DNA of 64,000 nt from an uncultured Planctomycetales bacterium (GTDB lineage Bacteria; Planctomycetota; Phycisphaerae; UBA1845; PWPN01): assembly GCA_964401335.1 (NCBI GenBank), contig CAYNYK010000009.1, forward strand, positions 1,174-65,173. Direction: 5' to 3'. The translations under genes were made by a program, and so were the position numbers. Within the stretch, counting starts at the first letter, position 1. Each line of letters opens with the position of its first letter. Below the pieces are notes generated by a model that saw nothing but the letters and a program-made list of their open reading frames with translations, searched no databases and was not told where the DNA came from. This document shows, one piece after another, positions 9,635 to 19,786 of the stretch.

Positions 9635-9660
9635 CGACTTGGTTTTCGACGGCAAAGGGC

Positions 9661-10707
9661 TCAGGGCTGGGCATTGTCGATCGGCAGGGCCTCGCGCAGC
9701 TCTTTTAATACCCGCTGCACGGCTTCGCCGCGTCCTGACCAGCCGCCCACGCAATAAACCCCCTGCGGCTCGAGCAGAAGAGTGTATCTATCATCGGTAT
9801 CGTCCAGTGCCTTGCGATACCGCGCGTGAGCCGCTTTCGCGGAGGCGGTGTCGGGATATTGCGCCAGCCAAATCAGATCGTCGAGTTTGTTTTCCTCCTG
9901 CCGAACGCGGGCCAGGGAGAACCGCACGTCGCCGGTGAGGCCCAGGTGTTTGTTGACCGCTTGCGGGTCGATCGTGCCGAAGGAATCGGGATAATGCTCC
10001 CGCAACGTCTGCAAATCCCGCACCAGCCAGACGTGACTTTGGGCCCGATTGGCCGGCGGAATCGCCTGGGCCAACAAGGGGGCATCCGTCGCCGGTATGT
10101 AAAAGATTATTTGTGCCAGGAGGCCCTCCAGGGCCTTCTCCGTTTGTGGGTTGATTCGTCCTTCACCGCGCACCCGAACAAAACAGCGGCCTTGCCAGCC
10201 GAACCAGACCGGCGCCGCGGTCTCCATTTTTGCGCGGATGCTGTGATCGCCGCCCCAAATCCAAGGGGCATTTGCAAGCAAACTGAAGATTCCGAACGCG
10301 TCGTCCGGGGTCAGCGCCTCGACGGCCAGTACCTCCGCCTTCAATTCCGGCTGCTCATAGGTGCATGTTGAAATCCGCTCGATCTTGAATGTCGTGAGGA
10401 TTCTCGCGTCAGCCGCCTCGGTCATCTGGTCGGCGATATTCGCCGGACCGGTTTGCACCGCCCGGGTTTTGATCCAGTCGCGAAGCGTATCCGTCCGCGG
10501 CAGAAAGAACGGAGCATCCTCGGCGTCCTGCTCGTCCGCGGCGATGAAGCGCGGAGCGGAATCCTCGATGATTTCCGAATCACCCGCCGGCACGGTATGC
10601 GCGGTCGTATCCTCTTCCGGTTCTTTCTGGCGACAGCCTTCTCCGATGACCAGGATCAACCCGACCAGAACCGCCATCCATTTCCCGGCAATCTTATTTC
10701 GTAACAT
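9661..10707 (-). CDS. Lipoprotein, DUF6599-like
   Basis: Lipobox-like GEGC; EVLAVEALTPDDAFGIFS pattern. Confidence 0.55.
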   Translation of the reverse strand: MLRNKIAGKWMAVLVGLILVIGEGCRQKEPEEDTTAHTVPAGDSEIIEDSAPRFIAADEQDAEDAPFFLPRTDTLRDWIKTRAVQTGPANIADQMTEAADARILTTFKIERISTCTYEQPELKAEVLAVEALTPDDAFGIFSLLANAPWIWGGDHSIRAKMETAAPVWFGWQGRCFVRVRGEGRINPQTEKALEGLLAQIIFYIPATDAPLLAQAIPPANRAQSHVWLVRDLQTLREHYPDSFGTIDPQAVNKHLGLTGDVRFSLARVRQEENKLDDLIWLAQYPDTASAKAAHARYRKALDDTDDRYTLLLEPQGVYCVGGWSGRGEAVQRVLKELREALPIDNAQP

Positions 10708-10802
10708 CGATTCACCCTTATCTTCCGATTTCCCCGACCACCGCCCCGATGCGCCAATGATTCTATACCTTCAAGTCTCGGCCGGAAAGCACGTTTATCC
10801 TG

Positions 10803-13184
10803 TCACGGACCCGGACGGCCACTTCCCTGCGGAGTAAGCATATACGTCTTGCCCCCGGCGGTCATAAACTCAATATGGGTGGCTACAGTGTCTCCCGCGG
10901 CGTGAAAACTACCGTCGGTTGCGGCTACCTCGACCGCTTGGCCTGGCCACGGATTGGCGACCCGGCACCGGCCGCCCAGGGTGCTTTCAATGCGGACATC
11001 GCGAACCTCTCCCTGGGCCGTGCGCTCGGCGGAAACCAGAAACCCTCCTTGAGCCCGGAAATGCTCCATGACGATCTCGGCGTTTTCGGGCACGGCGGGG
11101 AATAGCCGTATGCTCTGATAGGAAAGCAAAAGGTTCTCCGGGCCGACCGTCGCGCCGGACCGATAGATACCCAAACGCGGACGCACATAAGTATCAAGAT
11201 AGAAACGATGGGGCGGCCAAACATTGACTTGTTCAAGCGTCCGTTTGGCCAGTTCCAGAACCTCCGACGGGGAATCCAAACCCACATCATCACCCCAGAA
11301 GACAGGGGACAACGGCACGCACACGTTGTATTCGATCGGAGGTGCGCCGGCCACATCGACCCAGACGAGGCCGTCCGGTGTTGCATGGGTCGGATACGCG
11401 GCCAGTCGCTCGGCGGCGGCTTTCCATTGCCGACTTTCCTCACGATCGACGTCGAGAATTTCCGCTGCTTCGGCCGCTGCCCGTAGTAAATAGCGGGTAA
11501 GCGTCAAGGCCGAGGTGCCGTCGCGGTTGCGCTCGAATCCCGGGGTCAGGCCCCAGTGTTCCGGCGAGACCGTGGGCACGATGTGTAAACGGCCGTCCGG
11601 CCCCTCCGACAGATACGCCCGGCTGAAACGCGCACACTCGCGCAACACGGGGTAGGCCGTCTCGCGAAGGAAATCCACATCACCGGTATAGCGGTAATAG
11701 AGCCAGAGCGGTTTGCTGACCAATCCGTTGATGCCCATATCTTGTTCCCAGGTGACGTTGGTATGGGCGATACCCCGGCAACGCAGGGGGAAATGGGCAA
11801 GGGGATACATGGCGCCGGGCAGATCATACACATCCCGGGCGTTTTCCATGGCCTGAGGCAGGAGCGTATGAATCATCCGGGCATAGGTGTACACCTCCTC
11901 GAAATGCCCCAGGGTCAAGGAGGATTCGGCCCGGATTTCATTCAAGTGGAAATCATTATGCCACAGGCCGGCGTCCTGAAAGCAGAACTTGGTGCTGCCC
12001 ACGCTGCACAGGGGCACGTCGCCGTAAAAACCATCCGGCCGGCGCAGGTTTGGCAGGATGACCGGGCGAGCAGAATGAATGATTTCGCCGTTCAGGCGGG
12101 CAACGGCGGGCTTGGGGCGATTATGCTGTTCGAGGTTCCTGGCCTGCTCCTGCCGCAGCGCGTCAATGCCCATCTTGGCCGCCTCATCAAGGATCTCCAC
12201 CGCAGCGGCAAGCGGATCGTCATTATCCTGGGTTGTGGCGATGGTCGTTAGGATCGTAAATGACGGGGGTAAGGAGGTAAACGTCGCGGTGGCGGCCGCG
12301 CCGGCTGCTTTGTTGATTGGCCGATAGCGCTTGATGATGCCGTGGTCGAGGCGTCCTTCCTGGGGAGCCCATAAGGGAGTCCCCAGTTCTTGCTCGTTTT
12401 GACGGCATTCAACCGTAGGGGTCATCTCGACCGCCCGGGCACTTGTTACCGCACGAAAACCTTTCGGGAAAGTCATCTCCGCGGGGAAATCCTGAAAAAC
12501 ACCCCAATACGAATCGGCATGATAAGCGGTTGGGGGCGGCAGCGGGTCGAAATCGCGTGGGCTGGTTTGGCCGCCGAGCGTGGGACTCACTTCCGCTCCT
12601 GGCAGAATCGTGTCCTGGTGTCGATAGATCCGCACGCGCAAATCGTTTGGGGTCAAGCCTTCACCCTGACCTTCAGTCACGACGAGATGTCGCGTCAAGG
12701 ACACCCAAATCCGAAGAGTCAGGTTTTTCCCCGCACCCTCCAAAACGATCTTCGCGCTCTGGAAGCCGTCGGGTTCCACGCGGGCCTCGGTCGCAAAGGG
12801 GGCAAAGAATATCAACTGCGCGCCCGGCTTGGGGCATGGAAAGTCATAGAGATCGTAAAGCTTGTATTTGCGAGGGAAATACTTGTCCGCGTCCTCCCGG
12901 GGATCGGCCAACGCCCATTCCCGAATCTGTTGCATCGTGATAAGCGGCTGACGCTCGGCGAACCAGCGCCGATCCCAGATATCCGCTTTCCCGAGCGACA
13001 GGGTCAGTTGCGCGGGCGGTCCCCAGAGGCGTACTCCAAGAACATCATTCTGCAACAGCAGGCCGTCCATCGGATCACGGGCCGGTTCCTTTCGGGTCTG
13101 GTTGCCGGCCGCCAGCGCAGAGGGCATCCCCAGCGATAGACCGGCCACTATCAATGCAATATAGGCTAAAGGTTGATATTTCAT
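10803..13184 (-). CDS. Secreted glycoside hydrolase, GH95/GH65-like
   Basis: Signal peptide; AYPVLRECARF, IVPTVSPEH, IRLFPAVP...FRAQGGFLVSAE typical of GH95-like (alpha/alpha)6 catalytic and C-terminal domains. Confidence 0.75.
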   Translation of the reverse strand: MKYQPLAYIALIVAGLSLGMPSALAAGNQTRKEPARDPMDGLLLQNDVLGVRLWGPPAQLTLSLGKADIWDRRWFAERQPLITMQQIREWALADPREDADKYFPRKYKLYDLYDFPCPKPGAQLIFFAPFATEARVEPDGFQSAKIVLEGAGKNLTLRIWVSLTRHLVVTEGQGEGLTPNDLRVRIYRHQDTILPGAEVSPTLGGQTSPRDFDPLPPPTAYHADSYWGVFQDFPAEMTFPKGFRAVTSARAVEMTPTVECRQNEQELGTPLWAPQEGRLDHGIIKRYRPINKAAGAAATATFTSLPPSFTILTTIATTQDNDDPLAAAVEILDEAAKMGIDALRQEQARNLEQHNRPKPAVARLNGEIIHSARPVILPNLRRPDGFYGDVPLCSVGSTKFCFQDAGLWHNDFHLNEIRAESSLTLGHFEEVYTYARMIHTLLPQAMENARDVYDLPGAMYPLAHFPLRCRGIAHTNVTWEQDMGINGLVSKPLWLYYRYTGDVDFLRETAYPVLRECARFSRAYLSEGPDGRLHIVPTVSPEHWGLTPGFERNRDGTSALTLTRYLLRAAAEAAEILDVDREESRQWKAAAERLAAYPTHATPDGLVWVDVAGAPPIEYNVCVPLSPVFWGDDVGLDSPSEVLELAKRTLEQVNVWPPHRFYLDTYVRPRLGIYRSGATVGPENLLLSYQSIRLFPAVPENAEIVMEHFRAQGGFLVSAERTAQGEVRDVRIESTLGGRCRVANPWPGQAVEVAATDGSFHAAGDTVATHIEFMTAGGKTYMLTPQGSGRPGP

Positions 13185-13519
13185 CCGTCGCCGTTCTCCT
13201 GACGGGCCATCAGCGATTGCGTAAGGACGTCGTTGAGCCTCGATGAAACGATTACGACGAAGTCATACTATATGAAGCCTTGGAACGGCCGTCGAGGCGG
13301 ATCAGGGGCTTTCATGGAGGATTCAGCAAGGCCATCAAGCCATTGCGACTCATGGGTATTGCCCTCCTTGACGGTTTGTTACCCCCCGGTATTTTCCACG
13401 TCCGATATTCGCTGGGGCTTGATTTTACCTCGCACGGCGGCCGATTTTATCGTCACTTGACATGAATTGTATAGTTAAGGACGGTGAATACTTCGTAATC
13501 CAGCCTAGAGGGAAAGTGG

Positions 13520-13807
13520 ATGCCGCAGTGCCCCTACATTGTTCATTGCCCGTATTTCAGTAAGCAGGTCCGCACCATTCCGGGTGTCGGTGCGCCCTAT
13601 CGAGGGCATGAACCGCCTGGCATGCGTTCTTTGTCGCCGGTTCAGCAACTCAAATATTGTGCTTCCACCTGCTATTACTGTGCCCGTTACCGCGCGGCCG
13701 AGGTGTTGGGGGAAAAGAACGTACCTGCCGACCTGCGTCCGGATCAAGTCGCTTACGCCAAGGAGATCATCGAGAAACATACGGCTCAAAGCCTGCCTGC
13801 CGGATAA
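13520..13807 (+). CDS. Small Cys-rich hypothetical protein
   Basis: C-x5-CPYF...KYC-x6-CARY...VPADLRPDQ pattern; GAGGGA RBS. Confidence 0.7.
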   Translation: MPQCPYIVHCPYFSKQVRTIPGVGAPYRGHEPPGMRSLSPVQQLKYCASTCYYCARYRAAEVLGEKNVPADLRPDQVAYAKEIIEKHTAQSLPAG

Positions 13808-14007
13808 CTCCCTGCCCCCCTTATTCACGTGAAACTATGCCCTGCCCCCGCCTTTCATTCTCGATCCACCGGATATTTACGTTATCCATCGACTGTGCTA
13901 ACCTGCCTTTGGTGTGGTTGTGGCCGTGAAGGTGGCCCCGTCCATCGGCATCGGACGGCGCAAACCCTGAACATCGTCTCAGGCAAACATGAGGAGGTTA
14001 TCTCGCC

Positions 14008-15555
14008 ATGAAGCTCGCCAATCGTCTCAGCGTTGCGTTACTGATTCCGGCGTTATGGGGTTGCGTGGCCATGGCGGCCGATCGGCAGCCGGAAGTGAAG
14101 ATCAATCCCAAGGAGCCGGCCCTGCCCGAATTGCTGGCCCGACTGTGGAAGCTGCATGTGCATCACGATCTGCATAATCCGTTAACCGATACGGGTGAGC
14201 CGGCGGCTCTGTTTCGGCGGGTAGACCCGAAAAAACCGGTGGTCTATCGGCCGATCATTGCGTTGGGCATGGAGACCCGCACGTGTGGCGGCTGGTATGC
14301 GGCCGAAAAGAAAGCTGCGCTGCTGCCCCCCGACAAACCGCCGACCAGACATGAGGTGTGGAGTATTCGCTATAAGCAGCCGGAAAGCGAGCATGAAAAT
14401 ATGCAGTTCAGTTTGCCACCGCTGGAAGCGGGCAAGACGGAGTTCGATCCCGGCGAGCAGGTTTTTGGTTTGTGGGTCGGTAACGAGAGCTTTCCGGGCG
14501 AATCTATTTTCACCGAGCCCGAATGGGTGACGCACGTATCCCCCCGCCTCAAGGAACAGCCTTACAAGGCGATGATTTATCCCGCGGTGGACGAGAAGAC
14601 GGGTTCATTGGTCCCGAACAGTTATATCGTGACCTGGGAATATTCGACCAACGACGATTTTCAGGATGTGATGACCCGCATCGACAATGTCCGGTTGATC
14701 CCCGCCGACGGGGCAATGTCGGGAATTCTCGCGAAGGGCGCGGCGGCGAGGAAACTGGCGGACGGTTTCAAGTTTACCGAGGGACCGGCCTGGGATTCGC
14801 GGAATGGCGTGCTGTATTTCAGCGATATCCCGGCGAACCAGATCATTCGCTGGGACGGCCGCCACGCATCGGTCGCTCGGGAGAACACCGGCGGCTCGAA
14901 TGGATTGATGTTTGACCGCCAGGGGCGGCTGATCGCCTGTTGCGGCACCGCGCGTCGTCTGGTGCGCGACATCTTGCGGGACGAGCCGGAAGTGCTGGCG
15001 GAGAAATATAAGGATGCACGGTTGAACGCTCCGAACGATTTGTGGCTGGATGCCGAGGAAGGAATTTATTTCACCGATCCACGTTATCGCAAAGACGAGG
15101 CGTCCGACATGAAGGAGGAAGCCGTCTATTACCGGGACACGGCCGGCCAGGTCCATCAGGTGATCGCCGATCTGGTCAAGCCGAACGGGATCGCCCTTTC
15201 GCCCGACGGCAAATGGCTTTATGTACTCGATAATGGAGCGGATAAGCTGCATCGTTATCCGATCGAAGCTCCGGGCAAGCTGGGCGAGGGGACGCTGATC
15301 GCCCGGGTCGAGTATCCCGACGGTATGACCGTGGATGAGCAAGGGCGGTTGTACGTGACCTGCCGTGGCGGCGTGTGGGTACTGAACGGCGAAGGCAAGT
15401 GGATCGGCCGTATCGATATGCCGGAGCATCCGAGCAATTGCACCTTCGGGGGCCCAAAGGGCAACATCCTGTTTGTCACCGCTCGCGGGACTTTGTATGC
15501 CGTGGATACCCAAACGCGCGGTTGGCACGTGCATCTCGATGGCCCGAAGAAATGA
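14008..15555 (+). CDS. SMP-30/gluconolactonase family protein with N-terminal DUF4114-like domain
   Basis: Signal peptide; FTEGPAW, PNDLW, PNGIALSPDG, PDGMTVD, SNCTFGG; N-domain ends PNSYIVTWEYSTNDDFQD. Confidence 0.85.
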   Translation: MKLANRLSVALLIPALWGCVAMAADRQPEVKINPKEPALPELLARLWKLHVHHDLHNPLTDTGEPAALFRRVDPKKPVVYRPIIALGMETRTCGGWYAAEKKAALLPPDKPPTRHEVWSIRYKQPESEHENMQFSLPPLEAGKTEFDPGEQVFGLWVGNESFPGESIFTEPEWVTHVSPRLKEQPYKAMIYPAVDEKTGSLVPNSYIVTWEYSTNDDFQDVMTRIDNVRLIPADGAMSGILAKGAAARKLADGFKFTEGPAWDSRNGVLYFSDIPANQIIRWDGRHASVARENTGGSNGLMFDRQGRLIACCGTARRLVRDILRDEPEVLAEKYKDARLNAPNDLWLDAEEGIYFTDPRYRKDEASDMKEEAVYYRDTAGQVHQVIADLVKPNGIALSPDGKWLYVLDNGADKLHRYPIEAPGKLGEGTLIARVEYPDGMTVDEQGRLYVTCRGGVWVLNGEGKWIGRIDMPEHPSNCTFGGPKGNILFVTARGTLYAVDTQTRGWHVHLDGPKK

Positions 15556-15622
15556 TACGGCATTTGATGAGGTGCGGAGTGAGTTTCGACTGACCCAATT
15601 GATGTTGCCCTCCGTGGACGAA

Positions 15623-15668
15623 AAAGCACGGGCAGATTCCGGAGTGCCGGAACCTGCTCATGCCACCC
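15623..15668. repeat. REP-like family 2 palindrome
   Basis: AAAGCACGGGCAG-ATTCCGG-agtg-CCGGAAC-CTGCTCATGCCACCC; same ends as the 35.6 kb element. Confidence 0.6.
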
Positions 15669-15744
15669 GATACGGACAAGCGATAACCAGTTGTCCATGC
15701 CATTATGTTTTGCAGTTATTTTCGGTTAGCGCGTTGGTGGTTTT

Positions 15745-16857
15745 TCAGGCGGGGCTCGGGGTTTTCTGCACTGTCGGGTGGGGTATACCCTTGGGCAGCG
15801 CGGCCGGTGTTTCCACTTCCACGGCCGCCGATAGTTCGATATGAAAACAGGTACCACGGCCCAGCTCGCTGGTGACCTCGATTTTGCCTTGATGCGCGTC
15901 GATGATCCTTTTGACCACCGAAAGACCCAGCCCTGAACCCAAGCCCATGTCCTTGGTCGTGTAGAAAGGATCGAAGATATTTGGTAATACGTTCGGTTCG
16001 ATGCCGACGCCCGTATCGATCACGTCCAACAGGACGGTTCGTCCCTCTTCTCCGGTCCGACCGACGAATTCCAGCCGACCTCCGTTGAGCATGGAGTCGG
16101 CCGCGTTGATCGCCAGGTTGATCAACACCTGGGCCATCTGGACCCGATCGACCATGGCCAACAACGGTTTGTCCGGAAACCTGCGGACAAGCTCAATATG
16201 GTGACGATCCAACCGCGGCTGCACGAATAACACGGCGTCGTTGACCACGTCGTCCAGCCGCGTCGGGGTCAGATGCACCGGTTCGTCCCGCGACATCGAC
16301 AACAAGCGGCGCACGATCATCTCGATGCGATACAGGCCGGCGTCCATGAGATCCAGTAGTTGCATCATCTGTTCGGGGTTGTCGCGATTCCGGCGGATGA
16401 TCCGCGTACAGTTCTGCAGGCCGTCAAGCGGGTTATTGATTTCGTGGGCCACCACGGCGGCCAGTTCGCCGATCAAGGCCAGCTTCTCGCTGCGGGTCAG
16501 TTGCCGCCGCAGGCGGTCCTCTTCCCGGCACTTGGCCTTGAGTTGTTCGGTGATGCGATCGAGCGATTCGGCCAGCTTGATAAAATCATCTTTCGGAGCG
16601 CAGGTGATGTGGCGGCTCAGTTCCCCCCGGGCCAGGGCGTCGGCTTCCTCGCGCAAACGATGCAGCCGGCGGCGCAGGCTTCGTTCACCCAGCAAGGCCA
16701 CGAGCCATGCCGATGCCAGACCGGCGGCTAACATCGCCACGATCCCCCAGCAATAATGCGGAAGAGTCAGCAACAGAATCAGCCCAACCCCGCCGAACAA
16801 CAAGGTAAAAACCAGCAGGTAGCGATGCCGGGGGCTTAGATGGGGGTTCGCGAGCAT
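15745..16857 (-). CDS. Sensor histidine kinase (2 TM, HAMP, HisKA, HATPase)
   Basis: AHEINNPL H-box, NLAINAADSM N-box, DTGVG, FYTTK, GSGLGL. Confidence 0.92.
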   Translation of the reverse strand: MLANPHLSPRHRYLLVFTLLFGGVGLILLLTLPHYCWGIVAMLAAGLASAWLVALLGERSLRRRLHRLREEADALARGELSRHITCAPKDDFIKLAESLDRITEQLKAKCREEDRLRRQLTRSEKLALIGELAAVVAHEINNPLDGLQNCTRIIRRNRDNPEQMMQLLDLMDAGLYRIEMIVRRLLSMSRDEPVHLTPTRLDDVVNDAVLFVQPRLDRHHIELVRRFPDKPLLAMVDRVQMAQVLINLAINAADSMLNGGRLEFVGRTGEEGRTVLLDVIDTGVGIEPNVLPNIFDPFYTTKDMGLGSGLGLSVVKRIIDAHQGKIEVTSELGRGTCFHIELSAAVEVETPAALPKGIPHPTVQKTPSPA

Positions 16858-16912
16858 GGTGCTATTGTAATATGCTTTGGCCTCGGCGTCTCGCAAAAAA
16901 TCTGTCTCCTGG

Positions 16913-18379
16913 TCAACCGCCGCTCAACCTGATCTGGATATAGGCGGCCGCTAGCAAGGCGTATGCCATTACCGCCCCGGCAATACCCAGCCACGACCAA
17001 CGTCCGGGCCGCAGGGCTACCGGAAGCCGACGGGGTAAGACCAAGTGGTTCCAGATCAAGAGGCAGGTGGTGAACATGACCGTACCGGCGAAACCGACCA
17101 CGCTGCTGAACAAGATCAGCCGGCCGGGTTGATCTATAGGTAACGTCAAGACTGAAATGGTGCCCGCCAACAGCACAAAAAACCAATACCAGGTGTTATG
17201 TGCCCGGCGACGGGCCTTTGGAAAATAGGCAATGACCACGTCGGTATGCACCCGACTTACCGCATCGATGGTGGTCATCCAGGTATCCGACAAAAATGCC
17301 GTGGCCAGTACAAGAAAAAGCACACCGCCGGCCACCCCCCACGCGGCGCGAAAAAATTCCGCCTGGGCGGCCACCGGCTGGTCCTCGGTGGGCAGTTTTT
17401 GTTCGGGAAAAAGAAGGGCATACGCAAGCAGGCAAGTCAATAACGTGGTAAAAAGATTACCCAAAACCCCGATGCAGTTGTCCGTCCAGAGAAAACGTCG
17501 CCACTTTTTCCATCGGCTGAGATCGGTTTCCGTTCCCTCGGGCAAAAACCCCACCTGGGGTATGACCTGCGGCTTGCCCGTGATCGGACTGGTAATCCGC
17601 CCGATATGGGCGGCCATGCCCGCGCCCTTCTCCCGAAGCCAGTAGGAATAAAACAATGTCCAGAACCCGCCCAGCCCGGCAAAGGTGATGGCCGTCAGCA
17701 GTTTCGTCGCGTCCGCGTCGTCCCATACCCGATCCGCGGGCCACCGAGGGACCACCAACCCGGAGAGAAACTCTCCGAGCCGAGACAATACCGCTCCCTG
17801 CGCACAAGCCAGGATCAATCCCACGATGGTTACCACCGCGATAACCATCATCAACCGCTCGATAAACCGGTACACCACTTTCGACAGCAGCAGGGCGACC
17901 AAAAACACCGCGATAAACACATACCCCCAGAACAACCGTTGGGCCTCGTTATTCCAGCCGTGGGGGAAATCGGTCAGCTCATCCATCCCGCCGGCGGTTA
18001 CGAACCCGCCCAGCCACATGAACGACACGGTCATCAGCAGCCACATGAACAAGGCCAGCCATCGGTTGAGCCGAATGAATCCCTGCCAGATACTTTCGCC
18101 GGTCAGCAGCGTGTAGCGGCCGATCTCGAAATTCACCGGCAATTGCAGCAGGCACGCCGGTGCGAGCAGAAAGAGAAATCCCAATCCATATTTGGCCACA
18201 ATGTAAGGCCACCAGACCAGTTCCCCCGAACCCTGAGCTAATGCCATCCATACAATACCCGGCCCGATGGCCTTTAACATCCCCGGAAACACGGGCATTT
18301 CTTTGCGCCCCCATGTTGGGAGTATGCCGAAACGAGGATGGACGGGAGTAGTGGAAGCTGGCACATCCTGTTCGATCAT
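16913..18379 (-). CDS. Nramp-like/YcsG family membrane transporter
   Basis: GPGIVW...GSGELV.WP, EIGRYTL.TGES, about 11 hydrophobic segments. Confidence 0.8.
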   Translation of the reverse strand: MIEQDVPASTTPVHPRFGILPTWGRKEMPVFPGMLKAIGPGIVWMALAQGSGELVWWPYIVAKYGLGFLFLLAPACLLQLPVNFEIGRYTLLTGESIWQGFIRLNRWLALFMWLLMTVSFMWLGGFVTAGGMDELTDFPHGWNNEAQRLFWGYVFIAVFLVALLLSKVVYRFIERLMMVIAVVTIVGLILACAQGAVLSRLGEFLSGLVVPRWPADRVWDDADATKLLTAITFAGLGGFWTLFYSYWLREKGAGMAAHIGRITSPITGKPQVIPQVGFLPEGTETDLSRWKKWRRFLWTDNCIGVLGNLFTTLLTCLLAYALLFPEQKLPTEDQPVAAQAEFFRAAWGVAGGVLFLVLATAFLSDTWMTTIDAVSRVHTDVVIAYFPKARRRAHNTWYWFFVLLAGTISVLTLPIDQPGRLILFSSVVGFAGTVMFTTCLLIWNHLVLPRRLPVALRPGRWSWLGIAGAVMAYALLAAAYIQIRLSGG

Positions 18380-18425
18380 AATCGGGGATTATAAGACAAA
18401 CGAAACACGGTACAATGATTCGATA

Positions 18426-19679
18426 ATGAAATCTCATCAACAAACCCAGGGGCAATGGGTCCGCGAGGAACATTGCTGGACACCGCAAGAGCTAAACTGG
18501 CTGCAATCGCCGCAAGGTTGCGAGGTATGTGCCGCTATGCTCGACGCCGAGCCCGCCGATACACCGGCGGCCATCGCCCGCTGGCGGCAGCGGATCGAGC
18601 CGTGGCAGGTGACGGCGGCCTGGACTCAGGTGTTGCTTCGCCGTGCAGCCCGGGCCAAGTTTACCCGCGCCGATGAAATGCTTTTCGAGCGGATCGCCCT
18701 GGAACAGGCGACCGACGAAACCGTCGCCCGATACAAAGCCACGCGTTTTGCCGCGAAATTCGCCGGGCGAACCGTTGCTGATTTGTGTTGTGGGATCGGC
18801 GGCGACGCCATCGCCTTGGCCGAGCATACTCGGGTTCTTGCCGTCGACTGGTCCGCCATGCGCGTGGCGATGGCCGAACACAATGCGCGCGTTTACGGCC
18901 GGCGAGTGGCCGGTCTGGTGGCGGACGTAACCATGCAACTACCCGACGCCGATGCGGCGCATATCGATCCCGACCGTCGCGTGGCCGGGGACCGCCGCCA
19001 CCAACCCGAGGAAAGCTCGCCCGGTATCGACGTGCTGGCCCGTATCGTGCATCATTATCGAGATGTGGCCGTCAAACTGTCGCCCGGCGTGGACATCGAC
19101 GCCACGCTTCCGGAGGGTGAAATCGAACTCATCAGTCACCACGGCCAATGCAAGCAGGCCGTCATCTGGACCGGGGAGCTTGCCACCGCTTGTCGCCGGG
19201 CGACCGTCTTGCCGGAAAAGGAATCCATCGCGGCCGACACGCATGACGATCTGACCTGGCCGCAGTCGCGTATCCCTGTTGAGGGCGATTATCTTTACGA
19301 GCCGGACCCGGCGGTTATTCGTGCGAATCTCGTGGGCGTGCTGGCTCGCAAGCATGCGCTGCGGCCTGTCGATCCGCAAATCGTGTATCTGGTCGGTACG
19401 CAACCCGTGGCCAGCGCTTTGCTGGCCGCTTTCCGGGTGATCGACGTCACCGAATGGGCCGGCCGCAAGGCCCGCGCCTGGCTGAACCGGCACGATATCG
19501 GCAAACTCGAAATCAAGACCCGCGGGTTCGCCGCCCGGCCGGAGGAAATCCAACATCAGCTTCGCCTCAAAGGCCACCGCCAAGCGATTTTGTTCCTGAC
19601 CCGCATCGGCCCCAAACCGATGGCCATTCTGGCTGAACGAATCTTGCTTCCGGCGGACCACTCGCGGCATCACCTGTAA
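18426..19679 (+). CDS. Class I SAM-dependent methyltransferase with THUMP-like domain
   Basis: EQAT, ADLCCGIGGDA, IDPDRR, VKLSPG, YLYEPDPAVIRA. Confidence 0.85.
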   Translation: MKSHQQTQGQWVREEHCWTPQELNWLQSPQGCEVCAAMLDAEPADTPAAIARWRQRIEPWQVTAAWTQVLLRRAARAKFTRADEMLFERIALEQATDETVARYKATRFAAKFAGRTVADLCCGIGGDAIALAEHTRVLAVDWSAMRVAMAEHNARVYGRRVAGLVADVTMQLPDADAAHIDPDRRVAGDRRHQPEESSPGIDVLARIVHHYRDVAVKLSPGVDIDATLPEGEIELISHHGQCKQAVIWTGELATACRRATVLPEKESIAADTHDDLTWPQSRIPVEGDYLYEPDPAVIRANLVGVLARKHALRPVDPQIVYLVGTQPVASALLAAFRVIDVTEWAGRKARAWLNRHDIGKLEIKTRGFAARPEEIQHQLRLKGHRQAILFLTRIGPKPMAILAERILLPADHSRHHL

Positions 19680-19786
19680 GATGATTGCCGGTCCAACTCA
19701 ATACCGCTAAGGTAAACAATCAAAAGCCCGGCCCGAGTTCTCCAATGTGGGTTGACGGGTACACCAGGGATGGAGTGAAGAAAGTC

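Noticed and set aside
13458-13476. TTGACA and TATAGT as a promoter for 13520..13807
   Set aside because: The two hexamers are only 7 nt apart.
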